From the NCBI GenBank assembly GCA_021851875.1, contig JAJZQI010000009.1, positions 40,038 to 104,037 of the forward strand: a stretch of DNA of 64,000 nt. Reading direction: 5' to 3'. This DNA is from Pseudomonadota bacterium. GTDB taxonomy: Bacteria; Pseudomonadota; Gammaproteobacteria; Burkholderiales; JAJZQI01. The notes below the pieces were generated by a model. The model was not told where the DNA came from. It made no database searches and saw only the letters and a program-made list of their open reading frames with translations. The translations under genes were made by a program, and so were the position numbers. Below, piece by piece: positions 27,796 through 41,807 of this stretch (position 1 is its first letter; each line of letters opens with the position of its first letter).

Positions 27796-28874
27796 ATGCG
27801 CAAGGCTTGGCTCTGGGTGGTATTGCCGACGCTGCTGGCAGGCGGTTGCGGCAAGGACAGGCAGGCTGAGAAGCCCGCGGCACCGGCGGTGGTCATTACG
27901 GTGACCAGGCCGGTGATGCAGACGGTGCAGGCGCTGGAAAAGAGCGTCGGCTCGGTCGAATCGCCGGCCGCTCCGACGATTGCGGCCGAAGTCGCCGGTC
28001 AGGTGAGCGAGGTGAAGGTCGATGCCGGTCAAAGCGTGGCGGCGGGCCAACTGCTCGCTGTGCTGGATGGGGCGGTGTACTCCCTGGCGCGTATCCAGGC
28101 CCAGGCCGAAGTGCTGCGCGCGCAGGCGGCGCTGGATGCCCAGCAGAAACAGAGCGCGCGCAATCGCGATCTGTTCAAGCGGAAATTCATTTCCCAGGCG
28201 GCGCTGGATCAGAGCGAAACCCAGCTGGTTGCCGCCCAGGCCCAGCGCGACAGCGCCAATGCCGCGCTGGCGCGCGCCGTGCGCGATGTGAACGAGACGC
28301 GCGTGACGGCGCCGTTTGCCGGCCAGGTCGAGCAGCGTTATGTGTCGGCGGGCGATTACGTGACGCCGGGCAAGCCGATGTTCCAGCTGTCGACGCAAGG
28401 CGAGCTGCGGGTGCATTTGCCTTTCCCGGAAACGGCGGCAACACGAATCAGCGTGGGCCAGCCCCTGCGCCTGAGTCTGCCGTCTGTCCCCGGGCCTGCA
28501 ACACAGAGCGTCATCAGCGAAATCCGTCCGATGATAGGCAGCGCCAACCGCGCATTCGAAGCGATTGCCGCCTTGCCCAATCCGGGTAACTGGAAGCAGG
28601 GCGCCAGCGTCACCGGCGTGGTGATCACCGGCTCGCACGAGGGGCTCACCGTGCCCGCGATCAGCGTGGTGATGCGGCCGGCCGGCACCGTGGTGTACAG
28701 CATCGAGAACGGCAAGGCGGCGCAGAAAGTGGTTGCCGTCGGTCTGACCCGGGATGGCCGCAGTGAAATCCTCACCGGCCTGCAGGGCAACGAACAGATC
28801 GCCCTGGACGGCGCGGGCTTTCTCAGCAACGGCGCCGCCGTCAGCGTCAAACAGCCCGCTTCGCCGGCCAATCC

Positions 28875-28878
<4 letters not shown>
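27796..28878 (+). CDS. RND efflux membrane-fusion (periplasmic adaptor) protein
   Basis: CAGGAG RBS and lipoprotein-type signal LLAGGCG. Coiled-coil hairpin and beta-barrel regions are typical of the HlyD/AcrA family. Confidence 0.85.
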
Positions 28879-32240
<3,362 letters not shown>

Positions 32241-32285
32241 GTATACACTGTAAATTGTGTGAGTGTGAATTGTGTTGAGGTCGCC

Positions 32286-32486
32286 ATGGAAATCAACAGC
32301 AGCAGCAATGTGAACGCGATGGCCTACCAGTTGATGGAGTCGAATATTCGGCTGAGTCAGCAGGCCTCGCAGCAGGCACAAACCAGCTTTTCTGGCCAAA
32401 ACAGCGAGAATTCCGGTTCTTCTGTTGCGCCGGTACAACAAACTTCCAGCCAGGCTTCTTATAGCCGTAACGATACCTACGCCTGA
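32286..32486 (+). CDS. small Ser/Gln/Asn-rich hypothetical protein (66 aa)
   Basis: GAGG lies 6 nt before ATG 32286, and a strong intrinsic terminator follows directly. MEINSSSNVNAMAYQLMESNIRLSQQASQQAQTSFSGQNSENSGSSVAPVQQTSSQASYSRNDTYA has no Cys, no signal peptide and no TM segment. The local sequence is AT-richer. Confidence 0.5.
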   Translation: MEINSSSNVNAMAYQLMESNIRLSQQASQQAQTSFSGQNSENSGSSVAPVQQTSSQASYSRNDTYA

Positions 32487-32495
32487 TTCTTTCAG

Positions 32496-32540
32496 CGGCT
32501 GAGCGCGCTGTGCATTGCGCTCAGCCGGCTTGTTTTTGTG
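32496..32540 (+). terminator. rho-independent terminator after the small ORF
   Basis: 11-bp perfect stem CGGCTGAGCGC / GCGCTCAGCCG with a 10-nt loop, followed by GCTTGTTTTTGTG. Confidence 0.75.
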
Positions 32541-32559
32541 CCCCTCGCACGTCAGTTCT

Positions 32560-33159
32560 TCAAATTGTACGCCTTGCCCCGTTTGCCTTGCGCGGCAACA
32601 GCCGGAACAGCAGCAGTGCCGCCAGCACAGCCGCATACTCCAGCGGCAGCGTGACATCCTGCTTTACCAGCCAGTAGTAGTGCGTTACGGCCAGTATCGC
32701 GGCCGGATAGATCAGCCTGTGCAACTGCTTCCAGCGGCGCCCAAGGCGCTTCATCATAACCTTGTTGGAGGTTGCGGCCGGCGGTATCAAAAGCAAAAAG
32801 GCGGCAAAGCCGACGGTAATAAACGGGCGTTTGCCGATGTCGTGCAGCATGTGGGCAAAATCAAAGAACTGATCCAGCCAGATATAGGTAATGAAATGCA
32901 GCGCGGCATAGAAGAAACTGTACAGTCCGAGCATGCGGCGCAGACCCGTAAGAGGCGTATAGCCGGTCAGCCGCACCAGCGGCGTCACGGCGAGCGTGAG
33001 CAGCAGAAAATTCAACGCCCAGGTGCCGGTCTGGTGAGTGATGTATTCGATCGGGTTGGCGGTCAGGTCGCCGGTAAAGCCGAGCCATACCAGCCTCCCC
33101 AGCGGCAGCAGGCTGGCGAGGAAGAGGAGGGGTTTGGCGGCTTTGGGGAGAGGCTGCAT
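32560..33159 (-). CDS. msrQ: protein-methionine-sulfoxide reductase heme-binding subunit MsrQ (YedZ)
   Basis: MQPLPKAAKPLLFLASLLPLGRLVWLGFTGDLTANPIEYITHQTGTWALNFLLLTLAVTPL and conserved His-containing TM helices. Start is at the internal ATG 33159. Confidence 0.85.
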   Translation of the reverse strand: MQPLPKAAKPLLFLASLLPLGRLVWLGFTGDLTANPIEYITHQTGTWALNFLLLTLAVTPLVRLTGYTPLTGLRRMLGLYSFFYAALHFITYIWLDQFFDFAHMLHDIGKRPFITVGFAAFLLLIPPAATSNKVMMKRLGRRWKQLHRLIYPAAILAVTHYYWLVKQDVTLPLEYAAVLAALLLFRLLPRKANGARRTI

Positions 33160-33375
33160 GGTGAGTGAGACAGGGTGTTTATTGGGTGGTTCAGGTGTTA
33201 TTGTAGTTGCGGATGAAAGAGCTGTGGCGGTCTCGAATTCGGAAGCAAATAAACTCAATATGCCATAAGGTGTACTTCATTCTGGACTCCTTTCGTTGAA
33301 GACCGATCCCCATCTCCATGAGCACCGGTTGCGCCAGTTTGGCGCAAAAAAGACGGGGGAGTCCATCTCATCAGT

Positions 33376-33412
33376 CCACCGGCGCTGCGCGATAAAGCAG
33401 CGCAGCGCCGGT
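33376..33412. repeat. perfect 14-bp GC-rich inverted repeat (hairpin)
   Basis: CACCGGCGCTGCGC - GATAAAGCA - GCGCAGCGCCGGTG, in non-coding DNA between msrQ and brnT. There is no adjacent T-run on either strand. Confidence 0.8.
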
Positions 33413-33457
33413 GACCTCCACGTTAGACGTTCCAACCCTGCAGCTGTGGAAACGACC

Positions 33458-33486
33458 TTGACCTATAATTACGTTGTAGTTATAGT
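33458..33486 (+). promoter_or_regulatory. sigma-70 promoter of brnTA with overlapping 6-bp inverted repeat
   Basis: TTGACC - 17 nt - TATAGT, with the -10 element ending 6 nt before ATG 33493. CTATAA...TTATAG spans the spacer and could be an operator. Confidence 0.65.
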
Positions 33487-33492
33487 TTGGCG

Positions 33493-33777
33493 ATGGATGC
33501 TCTACACTTCGAATGGGACGAGGCAAAGGCGAAAGCCAACGTCAAAAAGCATGGCGTAAGCTTTGAAGAGGCAAAGTCCGTCTTTCTGGATGACAAGGCC
33601 AAAATGATTCCTGACCCAGACCATTCTATTGAAGAAGAGCGCTTTGTTTTGCTGGGGTATAGCTCTAGCTTGAAGCTTCTCGTCGTGTGCCATTGTTATC
33701 GTGCAAAGGGCCGTGCAATTCGGATCATTTCGGCCCGGAAGGCAACACGCAAAGAGGAGCAGATTTACGGAAGGTGA
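33493..33777 (+). CDS. brnT: BrnT-family toxin (DUF497)
   Basis: MDALHFEWDEAKAKANVKKHGVSFEEAKSVF...RFVLLGYS...IRIISARKATRKEE, the classic BrnT/DUF497 pattern. Confidence 0.88.
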   Translation: MDALHFEWDEAKAKANVKKHGVSFEEAKSVFLDDKAKMIPDPDHSIEEERFVLLGYSSSLKLLVVCHCYRAKGRAIRIISARKATRKEEQIYGR

Positions 33778-33782
33778 CCACT

Positions 33783-33992
33783 ATGCGCGCTGAATACGAT
33801 TTTTCCAAAGCAGTAAAGAATCCCTATGCCTCTCAACTCAAGAAGCAAATCACGATCCGCCTGGACGAAGAGAGCATCAATTACTTCAAGTCCATATCAG
33901 AGGATGTGGGTATCCCGTATCAAAGCCTCATTAATCTTTACCTTAGGGATTGTGCTGCCTCCCATAGGAAACTCAATCTTAAGTGGAAGTAA
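33783..33992 (+). CDS. brnA: BrnA-family antitoxin
   Basis: MRAEYDFSKAVKNPYA...ITIRLDEESINYFK...GIPYQSLINLYLRD. Starts 6 nt after the brnT stop. Confidence 0.85.
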   Translation: MRAEYDFSKAVKNPYASQLKKQITIRLDEESINYFKSISEDVGIPYQSLINLYLRDCAASHRKLNLKWK

Positions 33993-34201
33993 CGTCTGAC
34001 CTTTCGGTCAAGTAGAAATTGATCTCTCTGCTTGAGCGGGCGGTTGAGGGAAACGTCTAATCTCCCTGCGTGTGGGGCGTCAAAGCCATGGGTGCTTTAA
34101 TGGAATTCGACTGTTTCCTTGAGGTTTCTCCCTACTTTACTGGCGCGCCCGCCTGATTGTTGATTTACGTCTCAAATAGCCGTTGCCATGACGGCCAAAC
34201 G

Positions 34202-36583
34202 CTACAGCGGCCACCGCCAATCCTTGATCTCCGGCATATCGTCCCCATGCTCGATGATGTACTGCCGGTGCTCCACCAGCTTGTCGCGCATGGCCTGGCG
34301 CACGTAAGCCGCGCGCGAACCGAGTGAGGGCACGCGGTCGATGACGTCTTCTACCAAGTGGAATCGGTCGAGGTCGTTGCGCACGACCATATCGAACGGC
34401 GTGGTGGTGGTGCCTTCTTCCTTGTAGCCGCGCACGTGCAGGTTGGCGTGGTTGGTGCGGCGGTAGGTGAGCCGGTGGATCAGCCAGGGGTAGCCGTGGT
34501 AGGCGAAGATGATCGGCTTGTTGGTGGTGAACAGGGTGTTGAAGTCGCGGTCGGTCAGGCCGTGCGGGTGCTCTTCTTTCGGTTGCAGGGTCATCAGATC
34601 GACCACGTTGATGACGCGGATGCGCAGTTCCGGCGTCAGTTCGCGCAGCAGGGCGACGGCGGCGAGGGTTTCCAGCGTCGGCACATCGCCGGCGCAGGCC
34701 ATGACGACATCCGGTTCGCCGCCCTGGTCGTTGGAGGCCCATTCCCACATGCCGATGCCGCCTTCGCAGTGGCGGATGGCGGCATCCATGTCGAGCCATT
34801 GCGGGGCAGGCTGTTTGCCGGCTACCACCACGTTGATGCGGTTGCGGCTTTTCAGGCAGTGTTCGGTGACCCACAGCAGGGTGTTGGCGTCGGGCGGCAG
34901 GTAGACGCGGATGATGTCGGATTTCTTGTTCACCACGTGGTCGATGAAGCCGGGGTCCTGGTGCGAGAAGCCGTTGTGGTCCTGGCGCCAGACGTGCGAG
35001 GTGAGCAGGTAGTTGAGCGAGGCCACCGGCCGGCGCCAGATGATTTCGCGGCTGGTGGTCTTGAGCCACTTGGCATGCTGGTTGAGCATGGAGTCGATGA
35101 TGTGGATGAAGGCCTCATAGCAGGAGAACAGGCCGTGCCGGCCGGTCAGCAGGTAGCCCTCCAGCCAGCCCTGGCAGGTGTGCTCGGAGAGGATTTCCAG
35201 CACGCGGCCGTCGGGCGACAGGTGATCGTCTTCCGGCAGGCGTTCGTCCATGAAACAGCGGTCGGTCACTTCGAACAAGGCACCCAGACGGTTTGATGCG
35301 GTTTCATCGGGGCCGAACACGCGGAAGTTTTGCATGTTTTCCGCCATCACGTCGCGCAGGTAATAGCCCATGATGCGGGTGGCCTCATGCTGGGGTTCGC
35401 CGGGGCGCGGCACGGCCACGGCATAGCCGCGGAAATCGGGCAGTACCAGATCGCGCAGCAGAATGCCGCCGTTGGTGTGCGGGTTGGCGCTCATGCGGCG
35501 CGCGCCGGCCGGGGCCAGCGCGCGGATGGTTTCGATCGGTGCGCCTTCATGGTCGAACAGTTCCGCCGGTTTGTAACTGAGCAGCCATTCCTGCAATAGC
35601 TGCAGATGCCCCCGGTTGCTGCGCACCTCGCTGAACGGCACCTGGTGCGAGCGCCAGTAGCCCTCGGTTTTCTGGCCATCGACAAATTTCGGGCCGGTCC
35701 AGCCTTTGGGTGTGCGCATGATCAGCATGGGCCAGCGCGGGCGGCGCAGGTCGCCGTTTTGCGCCGCCTGTTTGATGGCGGCGATGCGCTTCATGGCATC
35801 GTTGAGCGTTTGCGCCATCAGCCCGTGCAGCACGGCCGGGTCGTCGCCTTCGACATACAGCGGCTCGTAGCCGTAGCCTTCGAACAGCCGTGTGAGCTCT
35901 TCCTTGGGCATGCGCGACAGCAAAGTGGGGTTGGCGATCTTGTAACCGTTCAGGTGCAGGATGGGCAGGACCGTGCCGTCGCGCTGCGGGTTGAGGAATT
36001 TGTTGGAGTGCCAGGCGGTGGCTAGTGGCCCCGTTTCCGCTTCGCCGTCGCCGACCACGCAGGCGACGATCAGATCCGGATTGTCAAAGGCCGCGCCGAA
36101 CGCATGCGACAGCGCATAACCGAGTTCGCCGCCCTCGTGGATCGAGCCCGGCGTTTCCGGTGCCACATGGCTGGGAATGCCGCCAGGGAAGGAAAACTGC
36201 TTGAACAGGCGTTGCATGCCGTGGGCATTGAGCGACACGTTTGGGTAGACTTCAGAGTAAGTCCCTTCCAGCCAGGCATTGGCGACGATGGCCGGACCGC
36301 CGTGGCCGGGGCCGGTGACGTGGATCATGTTGAGATCGAAATGACGGATCAGCCGGTTCAGGTGCACGTAAATGAAATTGAGGCCGGGTGTGGTGCCCCA
36401 ATGGCCCAGCAGGCGCGGCTTGACGTGTTCGGGTTGCAGCGGGGTTTGCAGCAGGGGGTTGTCGAGCAGGTAAATCTGGCCGACGGAAAGGTAATTGGCA
36501 GCACGCCACCAGGTGTCCATGGCGGCGATTTCGCCGCTGTCGGGCAATTGGGTATACGGGCCGGCTAGGTTGACTGCTGACAT
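34202..36583 (-). CDS. xfp: xylulose-5-phosphate/fructose-6-phosphate phosphoketolase
   Basis: Motifs [41 protein letters not shown] and [15 protein letters not shown]. Start ATG 36583 lies 19 nt inside the ackA 3' end. The upstream 96 ORF codons are an artefact. Confidence 0.92.
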   Translation of the reverse strand: MSAVNLAGPYTQLPDSGEIAAMDTWWRAANYLSVGQIYLLDNPLLQTPLQPEHVKPRLLGHWGTTPGLNFIYVHLNRLIRHFDLNMIHVTGPGHGGPAIVANAWLEGTYSEVYPNVSLNAHGMQRLFKQFSFPGGIPSHVAPETPGSIHEGGELGYALSHAFGAAFDNPDLIVACVVGDGEAETGPLATAWHSNKFLNPQRDGTVLPILHLNGYKIANPTLLSRMPKEELTRLFEGYGYEPLYVEGDDPAVLHGLMAQTLNDAMKRIAAIKQAAQNGDLRRPRWPMLIMRTPKGWTGPKFVDGQKTEGYWRSHQVPFSEVRSNRGHLQLLQEWLLSYKPAELFDHEGAPIETIRALAPAGARRMSANPHTNGGILLRDLVLPDFRGYAVAVPRPGEPQHEATRIMGYYLRDVMAENMQNFRVFGPDETASNRLGALFEVTDRCFMDERLPEDDHLSPDGRVLEILSEHTCQGWLEGYLLTGRHGLFSCYEAFIHIIDSMLNQHAKWLKTTSREIIWRRPVASLNYLLTSHVWRQDHNGFSHQDPGFIDHVVNKKSDIIRVYLPPDANTLLWVTEHCLKSRNRINVVVAGKQPAPQWLDMDAAIRHCEGGIGMWEWASNDQGGEPDVVMACAGDVPTLETLAAVALLRELTPELRIRVINVVDLMTLQPKEEHPHGLTDRDFNTLFTTNKPIIFAYHGYPWLIHRLTYRRTNHANLHVRGYKEEGTTTTPFDMVVRNDLDRFHLVEDVIDRVPSLGSRAAYVRQAMRDKLVEHRQYIIEHGDDMPEIKDWRWPL

Positions 36584-37758
36584 GCTGCTTCCCCTTGCAA
36601 AAAATGTGACAGGCTGTGGGCCATTTCGATTTCTTCCTCGCTGTGCACGGCCAGCACGGCAATGCGGCTGGCCTTGTGGTGCACGGCATGGTCGCCCGCT
36701 GTGGCGGCATTGCTGTGCGCATCGAGCACGATGCCCAGTTCTTCCAGTCCGCCCAGCACGCGCTGGCGAATGGCCGGACTGTGTTCGCCCACTCCCGCAG
36801 TAAACACGATGGCGTCGGCACCGCCAAGCGCCAGCAGGTAAGCGCCCACATATTTGCGGATCGAGTAGCAATAAACATCAAGCGCGAGTGTGGCGCTCGG
36901 GTCGCATTGCTGCGCGCGCAGGAGAATAGTGCGCATGTCTTCGCTGCCGCACAGCCCCATGAGGCCGCTGGCGTGATTGAGCGCATGGTCGATTTCATCG
37001 GCGGACAGGCCGGCTTGCTGCATGTACAGGGGGATCATCGGGTCGATGTCGCCGCAGCGGGTGGCCATGGGCAGCCCGGCCGTCGGCGTCATGCCCATGG
37101 AGGTGTCAATCGCCTGGCCGAAGCGGCTCGCCGTCACACTGGCACCGCCGCCCAGATGAATGGAAATGACGCGCAGATCGGTTGGTTCACGCTGCAGCAG
37201 TTGTGCGGCTGCCCGCACAGCATGTTGGTGCGACCAGCCGTGAAAACCGTAACGGCGCACACCATACTGCTCACGCCATTGCTGTGGCACGGCATAAGTC
37301 AGTGCTTGCTCCGGCAGGTGGCGGTAATACGCTGTGTCGAACAGCGCATAATGCGGCAGGTGTGCAAAGTTTGCCTGTGCGGCGGCAATGGCGCTCAATG
37401 CCGGCGGATGGTGCAGGGGGGCCAAATACGTCAGTGCCTGCAATACTTGCAGCGTGTCGGCTGTGACGGGCAAGGGGTCATGGTATCGGGCTCCGCCGTG
37501 CACCATGCGGTGGGCAAGGGCATCAAGCGGCAGCGAGTCCGGCCGGGTCTGCCACCATTCGGCCAGTTGCCGCAATGCGTCGGCGCTGCTGTTGTGGGTG
37601 AGTTGCAGCCGGATGGTCTGGCCGGCAAGCTGCAGTACGAGCGTTGCCGGCAGTTGTTCCAGGTCGGCCATGCCATCAAGCACGACGGTATCCTGCCGAC
37701 TGTCGATCAGTCGCAGCTTGACGGTGGTGCTGCCGCAGTTGATAACCAGAATATGCAT
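36565..37758 (-). CDS. ackA: acetate kinase
   Basis: [17 protein letters not shown], plus [10 protein letters not shown] and IHLGGGASV. Confidence 0.9.
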   Translation of the reverse strand: MHILVINCGSTTVKLRLIDSRQDTVVLDGMADLEQLPATLVLQLAGQTIRLQLTHNSSADALRQLAEWWQTRPDSLPLDALAHRMVHGGARYHDPLPVTADTLQVLQALTYLAPLHHPPALSAIAAAQANFAHLPHYALFDTAYYRHLPEQALTYAVPQQWREQYGVRRYGFHGWSHQHAVRAAAQLLQREPTDLRVISIHLGGGASVTASRFGQAIDTSMGMTPTAGLPMATRCGDIDPMIPLYMQQAGLSADEIDHALNHASGLMGLCGSEDMRTILLRAQQCDPSATLALDVYCYSIRKYVGAYLLALGGADAIVFTAGVGEHSPAIRQRVLGGLEELGIVLDAHSNAATAGDHAVHHKASRIAVLAVHSEEEIEMAHSLSHFLQGEAACQQST

Positions 37759-37825
37759 GCGCCGGTTTCGCGAAAAAGTACCCTCATTATAGGCAGGGAA
37801 TTATTGCCTGCACATGAACAGTGGG

Positions 37826-38755
37826 TCAGAAATACTTGCGCAAATCCATGCCCGCATACAGCTTGCCGACCTGGTCGGCGTAACCGTTGAACATCAGCGT
37901 GTCGCGTTTGAAGAATTCGCCGATGCGGCGCTCTTTTGCCTGGCTCCAGCGGGGATGGTCGACGGTCGGGTTCACGTTGGAATAGAAGCCGTATTCGCGC
38001 GGGTTGGCCTGCATCCAGGCAGTGAGCGGTTGCTCTTTTGTCAGGCGGATGGTGGCGATGGATTTGGCGCTTTTGAAGCCGTACTTCCACGGTACCACAA
38101 TGCGCACCGGCGCACCGTTCTGATTGGGCAGCGTCTGGCCGTACAGGCCGAAAGCCAGCAATGTGAGCGGATGCATGGCTTCATCCAGGCGCAGCCCTTC
38201 GCGATAAGGCCAGTCGAGCACGTTGTCGCGCTGGCCGGGCATCTGCTGCGGGTCTTTGAGCGAGACGAATTCGACGAATTTGGCGTTGCCGGTCGGTTCG
38301 ACCTGTTTGAGCAGCGTGGCGAGCGAAAAGCCGATCCAGGGAATGACCATGGACCAGCCCTCGACGCAGCGCAGGCGATAAACCCGTTCTTCCAGCGGCG
38401 CCAGTTTCATCAGGTTGTCGATATCGAAGCTGCGCGGCTTGAGCACTTCGCCCTCGATCCGCACGCTCCATGGACGGGGACGCAGACTCTGGGCATTGGC
38501 CGCCGGATCGTCCTTGTTGACGCCGAATTCGTAAAAATTGTTGTAGGAGGTGACGGCCTTGAAGGGTGTCGGGGCGTCACTGACCCGGTAGGGCGACGCG
38601 GTTGCCGCCAGCGGCACGGCCTCCGCTTCGGGTAAGCCCAGCAGCAATCCGGCAGCACCCGCTGCAGCGCCTTGCATGAATTGCCGGCGGGCACGGTAGA
38701 CCTCCGCGGGGGTGATTTCGGAAGGGGCGATGTCATCCGGGCGTTTGATCAGCAT
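37826..38755 (-). CDS. msrP: protein-methionine-sulfoxide reductase catalytic subunit MsrP (YedY)
   Basis: Tat signal [18 protein letters not shown]. Molybdopterin-fold motifs [18 protein letters not shown] and [14 protein letters not shown]. Confidence 0.9.
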   Translation of the reverse strand: MLIKRPDDIAPSEITPAEVYRARRQFMQGAAAGAAGLLLGLPEAEAVPLAATASPYRVSDAPTPFKAVTSYNNFYEFGVNKDDPAANAQSLRPRPWSVRIEGEVLKPRSFDIDNLMKLAPLEERVYRLRCVEGWSMVIPWIGFSLATLLKQVEPTGNAKFVEFVSLKDPQQMPGQRDNVLDWPYREGLRLDEAMHPLTLLAFGLYGQTLPNQNGAPVRIVVPWKYGFKSAKSIATIRLTKEQPLTAWMQANPREYGFYSNVNPTVDHPRWSQAKERRIGEFFKRDTLMFNGYADQVGKLYAGMDLRKYF

Positions 38756-38832
38756 GGCGTCGGTACCTCCGGTTGTTTTTGTGCATGCCCATGCAATAGG
38801 CGCTGCGATGGAAGCGGCTGGAAATGTGACCG

Positions 38833-40257
38833 TCAGTTTGCCGGCGAGTTCAATGGACTGTCCGTCCGTTGCGCGCTGTATGCGAAGCGGCTCTGGCGGA
38901 CCAGGGCGACAATGCCATTGCCCTGTTGCTTGTCTGTATAGAGCGTCACATCCACGCTGCTCGCCAACGCATCGGCATTGTTTCCGTCCTGCGGATAAAA
39001 CCCGATGCCGACAGACATGCCGATTTTCAGGCTGACCGAACCGATGTCGATCGGAGCCGCAATGGCGGTCTGGATTTTATCGGCCAGTTGCAGTGCAACG
39101 GCTTCGTTATCCACGCCATTTAAAATGAGCATGAATTTGTCTCCGCCGACGCGGGCGAGGGTATCGCCATGGCGGATCAGGCTGCTCAGCCGCTGGGCAA
39201 TCTCGCGCAAAACCAGATTGCCGACACGCTGTCCGTAGGTGGCGTTGAGGCGCTTGAATGCATCGACATCCAGGCCAAGGAGGGCAAAGCCATTGCCTTG
39301 GCGTTTGTGCAACTGGACGGCTTGGCCTAGCCGGTCATCGAACAGGCGGCGGTTGGGCAGGCCGGTGAGCGGGTCCTGCAAGTCGTTCATGCGTATGCGC
39401 AGCCTTGCGGTCAGCAGCAGGTACAGCAGGACGGCCAGCAGGGCGGCTATGCCATAGGCGACCACACGCCAGACGACCAGCCGCGGGTTGTGCGCATGCC
39501 AGCCTTGCGCCGGTGCCACGGCCATTTCCCAAATGGTACCGGGCACGCGAATGGGCAGGCGGATGGCGGCGCGATCAAACTGTCCCGCATCGCCGTAGAT
39601 CATGACGTTGCTGGACGTGTTGCGCAGCGCCCAGCGCACGGGCTGCGCTTTCGGCATGTTGGCGATGTCGCGGAAAAAACGGTCCGAATCCAGCACGATG
39701 CTGATCATGCCCCAATAGCGGCCGTCCGACAGATAGACCGGCGTGCGGCTGATCAGTCCGGTACCGCCTTGTTTGAGCCGGATGGGGCCGGCCAGGACCG
39801 TGTCGTGGGAGAGGATCGCTTGCCGCACGGCCGGCCACTGTTCGCGGTTGTCCTGGTAGTTAAGGCCGAGGGCTTTTTCGTTACCCTGCAAAGGATAGAC
39901 ATAGGTGATGATATTGTCGGGCGCCAGCCCGACATTGCGAATGTGGTGGCCGTACCGGTATATTGCCGCCAGCGCGCTTTGGGTCGGGCCGGGTGCCAGC
40001 CGGGGCGAGGTGGAGGCGGAAATATAACCGAGCAAGCCGTTGGCGAGGTAAATATCCGAGCTCAGGCCGCTTTCCAGTTGGGCGCGGATGCTCGCGGCCT
40101 GCATCAGCGTCTGGTTGCGCAGGTCGAGAAACAGGCGGTCGCGCTCTTGTTCGATGAGGAACGTCGCCAGTAGACAAGCGAGCACAAAAACGGCCAGGGA
40201 AAAGAATGCCTGGGCCTTGTACTGCAACAGGTCGATTGGGCGCTTCATGCCGTGCAT
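38833..40257 (-). CDS. CHASE-domain membrane protein with degenerate GGDEF domain (GGDKF)
   Basis: An N-terminal TM segment, a periplasmic CHASE-like region ([27 protein letters not shown]), a second TM segment and a GGDEF fold. The active-site codons GGC GGA GAC AAA TTC (39133-39147) encode GGDKF. The RxxD I-site RHGD lies 5 residues upstream. Confidence 0.8.
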   Translation of the reverse strand: MHGMKRPIDLLQYKAQAFFSLAVFVLACLLATFLIEQERDRLFLDLRNQTLMQAASIRAQLESGLSSDIYLANGLLGYISASTSPRLAPGPTQSALAAIYRYGHHIRNVGLAPDNIITYVYPLQGNEKALGLNYQDNREQWPAVRQAILSHDTVLAGPIRLKQGGTGLISRTPVYLSDGRYWGMISIVLDSDRFFRDIANMPKAQPVRWALRNTSSNVMIYGDAGQFDRAAIRLPIRVPGTIWEMAVAPAQGWHAHNPRLVVWRVVAYGIAALLAVLLYLLLTARLRIRMNDLQDPLTGLPNRRLFDDRLGQAVQLHKRQGNGFALLGLDVDAFKRLNATYGQRVGNLVLREIAQRLSSLIRHGDTLARVGGDKFMLILNGVDNEAVALQLADKIQTAIAAPIDIGSVSLKIGMSVGIGFYPQDGNNADALASSVDVTLYTDKQQGNGIVALVRQSRFAYSAQRTDSPLNSPAN

Positions 40258-40383
40258 GGGGTGGTGGAGGCTGAAATGCCCTCAGTGTGGACCATGTCAC
40301 GGCATTTTTCAATGTTGGCGCGCGGCTTACCCAAGGGCCGATTCCTCCTCCGGGGAAGCGGCAGTTGATCTGCCGCCAACGCG

Positions 40384-41787
40384 TCAGTCGGCTGCGCCGC
40401 CGAACACCTGTTCCGCCAGGCCCCATTTGTTGGCGAGGGTTTCGGTGGCGTTTTGCAGCTCTTCCGAGCGTGCCGGATGGTTGTAGAACATCTGGGCGAA
40501 TTGCTTGAGCGCGTCTTCCTTGCCGTATTGCTGGGCAATCAGATGGATCAGTTCGCCGGCTTCGGCGCCGATCACCTCGGCCCCCAGGAGTTCGCCGGAG
40601 TCCATGTCGGCAACCACGCGCACAAAGCCTTCCACGTCGTCCTGACCCAGTGCGCGCGGATTGGATTCGAAGGCGGCGAAACCGGTGGCCGGTTCCAGGC
40701 CCTCGTCTTCCGCTTCTTCCTCGCTCAGGCCGATCATGCCCAGCTCAATGGCGGAGTAAACCAGTTGCGGCACCGCCTTGTTGTTCTGGCGGCGGGAACC
40801 CGGTTCGATGATGTTGCTGACCGCTACGGCGGCATCGGCCAGCGCGTGGTTGGCGGTCATGTGTGTGTTGGCCACGTCGCCGATGGCAAAGATGTGCGGC
40901 ACGGTGGTCTGCAGCTGGTCGTTGACCTTGACGAAACCCTTGCTGTCCACGGTTACGCCGGCCGCCGCCAGGTTCAGGTCGTCGGTATGGGGGCGCCGGC
41001 CGGTGCCCAGCACCAGCCAGTCCACCACGTCGCTGCTGCCGTCCTGCAGGCTCAGCTTGACGCCTTCCGGCACGATTTCGGCGCAGTGCGGCCGGCAGCC
41101 GGTACGCGCCTCGATGCCGTTTTTCTTCAGTGCGTCGGCCAGCAGCTTGAGGGCCGGCTGGCTGTAGCTGGAGTTGGCCAGCGGTTTGGCGTTGGAGCGC
41201 CACACCACTTCCTTGCCCAGTTTGCTCAGAATGAACGCGAATTCGGTGCCGATGACGCCGGAGCCGATCAGGCCGACCCGTTTGCCGGCAGGCGGCGGGT
41301 TGTCGAACAGGTCGTCGGTGGTGAGAATGCGGCCCGCCACCGGCTCAAATCCCTCCGGAATGAACGGGCTGGAGCCGGTGGCGATGATGATGTGCTTGCC
41401 CTGGATGGACTCCTTGCCGTCGATGCTGAGGGTGTGGGCATCGACAAAACTGCCGCTGCCGGTAAAGGCGGCGATGCCCAGGCGTTTCATGTAGTCGACG
41501 TAACTGTCGCGCACGGTTTTGACCACTTCGTGCTGGTGCGTCCAGGCCTCGTTCAGGTCGGCCGTCAGGCTGCCGCTGATGCCGCGCTTGGCGTAGTATT
41601 CGTTGCCGGCAACCAGTTTGGCGGTATGGTGCCAGTCCTTTTTCGGCACGCAGCCGCGGTTGAGGCAGCAGCCGCCCCAGTCGGCCTTTTCGATAATGGC
41701 GGCGGACAAACCGCGCAGCGTAGCCAGAACGGCGGCGCGATAGCCGCCGGGGCCCGAACCGATCACGATCAGATCAAATGCTTGCAT
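40384..41787 (-). CDS. pyridine nucleotide-disulfide oxidoreductase (dihydrolipoyl dehydrogenase-like)
   Basis: FAD motif LIVIGSGPGGY, redox-active disulfide CLNRGCVPKK, NAD motif LIGSGVIGTEF and a C-terminal dimerisation domain. It is not next to E1/E2 genes, so the physiological partner is unknown. Confidence 0.8.
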   Translation of the reverse strand: MQAFDLIVIGSGPGGYRAAVLATLRGLSAAIIEKADWGGCCLNRGCVPKKDWHHTAKLVAGNEYYAKRGISGSLTADLNEAWTHQHEVVKTVRDSYVDYMKRLGIAAFTGSGSFVDAHTLSIDGKESIQGKHIIIATGSSPFIPEGFEPVAGRILTTDDLFDNPPPAGKRVGLIGSGVIGTEFAFILSKLGKEVVWRSNAKPLANSSYSQPALKLLADALKKNGIEARTGCRPHCAEIVPEGVKLSLQDGSSDVVDWLVLGTGRRPHTDDLNLAAAGVTVDSKGFVKVNDQLQTTVPHIFAIGDVANTHMTANHALADAAVAVSNIIEPGSRRQNNKAVPQLVYSAIELGMIGLSEEEAEDEGLEPATGFAAFESNPRALGQDDVEGFVRVVADMDSGELLGAEVIGAEAGELIHLIAQQYGKEDALKQFAQMFYNHPARSEELQNATETLANKWGLAEQVFGGAAD

Positions 41788-41807
41788 GTGTTTTTCCTAC
41801 TTCTTCG

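Noticed and set aside
33422-34057. 9-bp inverted repeat TTAGACGTT / AACGTCTAA flanking the brnTA cassette as possible terminal inverted repeats of a mobile element
   Set aside because: A single 9-mer match between two flanks of about 300 bp each is expected by chance at an appreciable rate, roughly one in three by a simple estimate. There is no target-site duplication and no transposase. It is kept only as a note.
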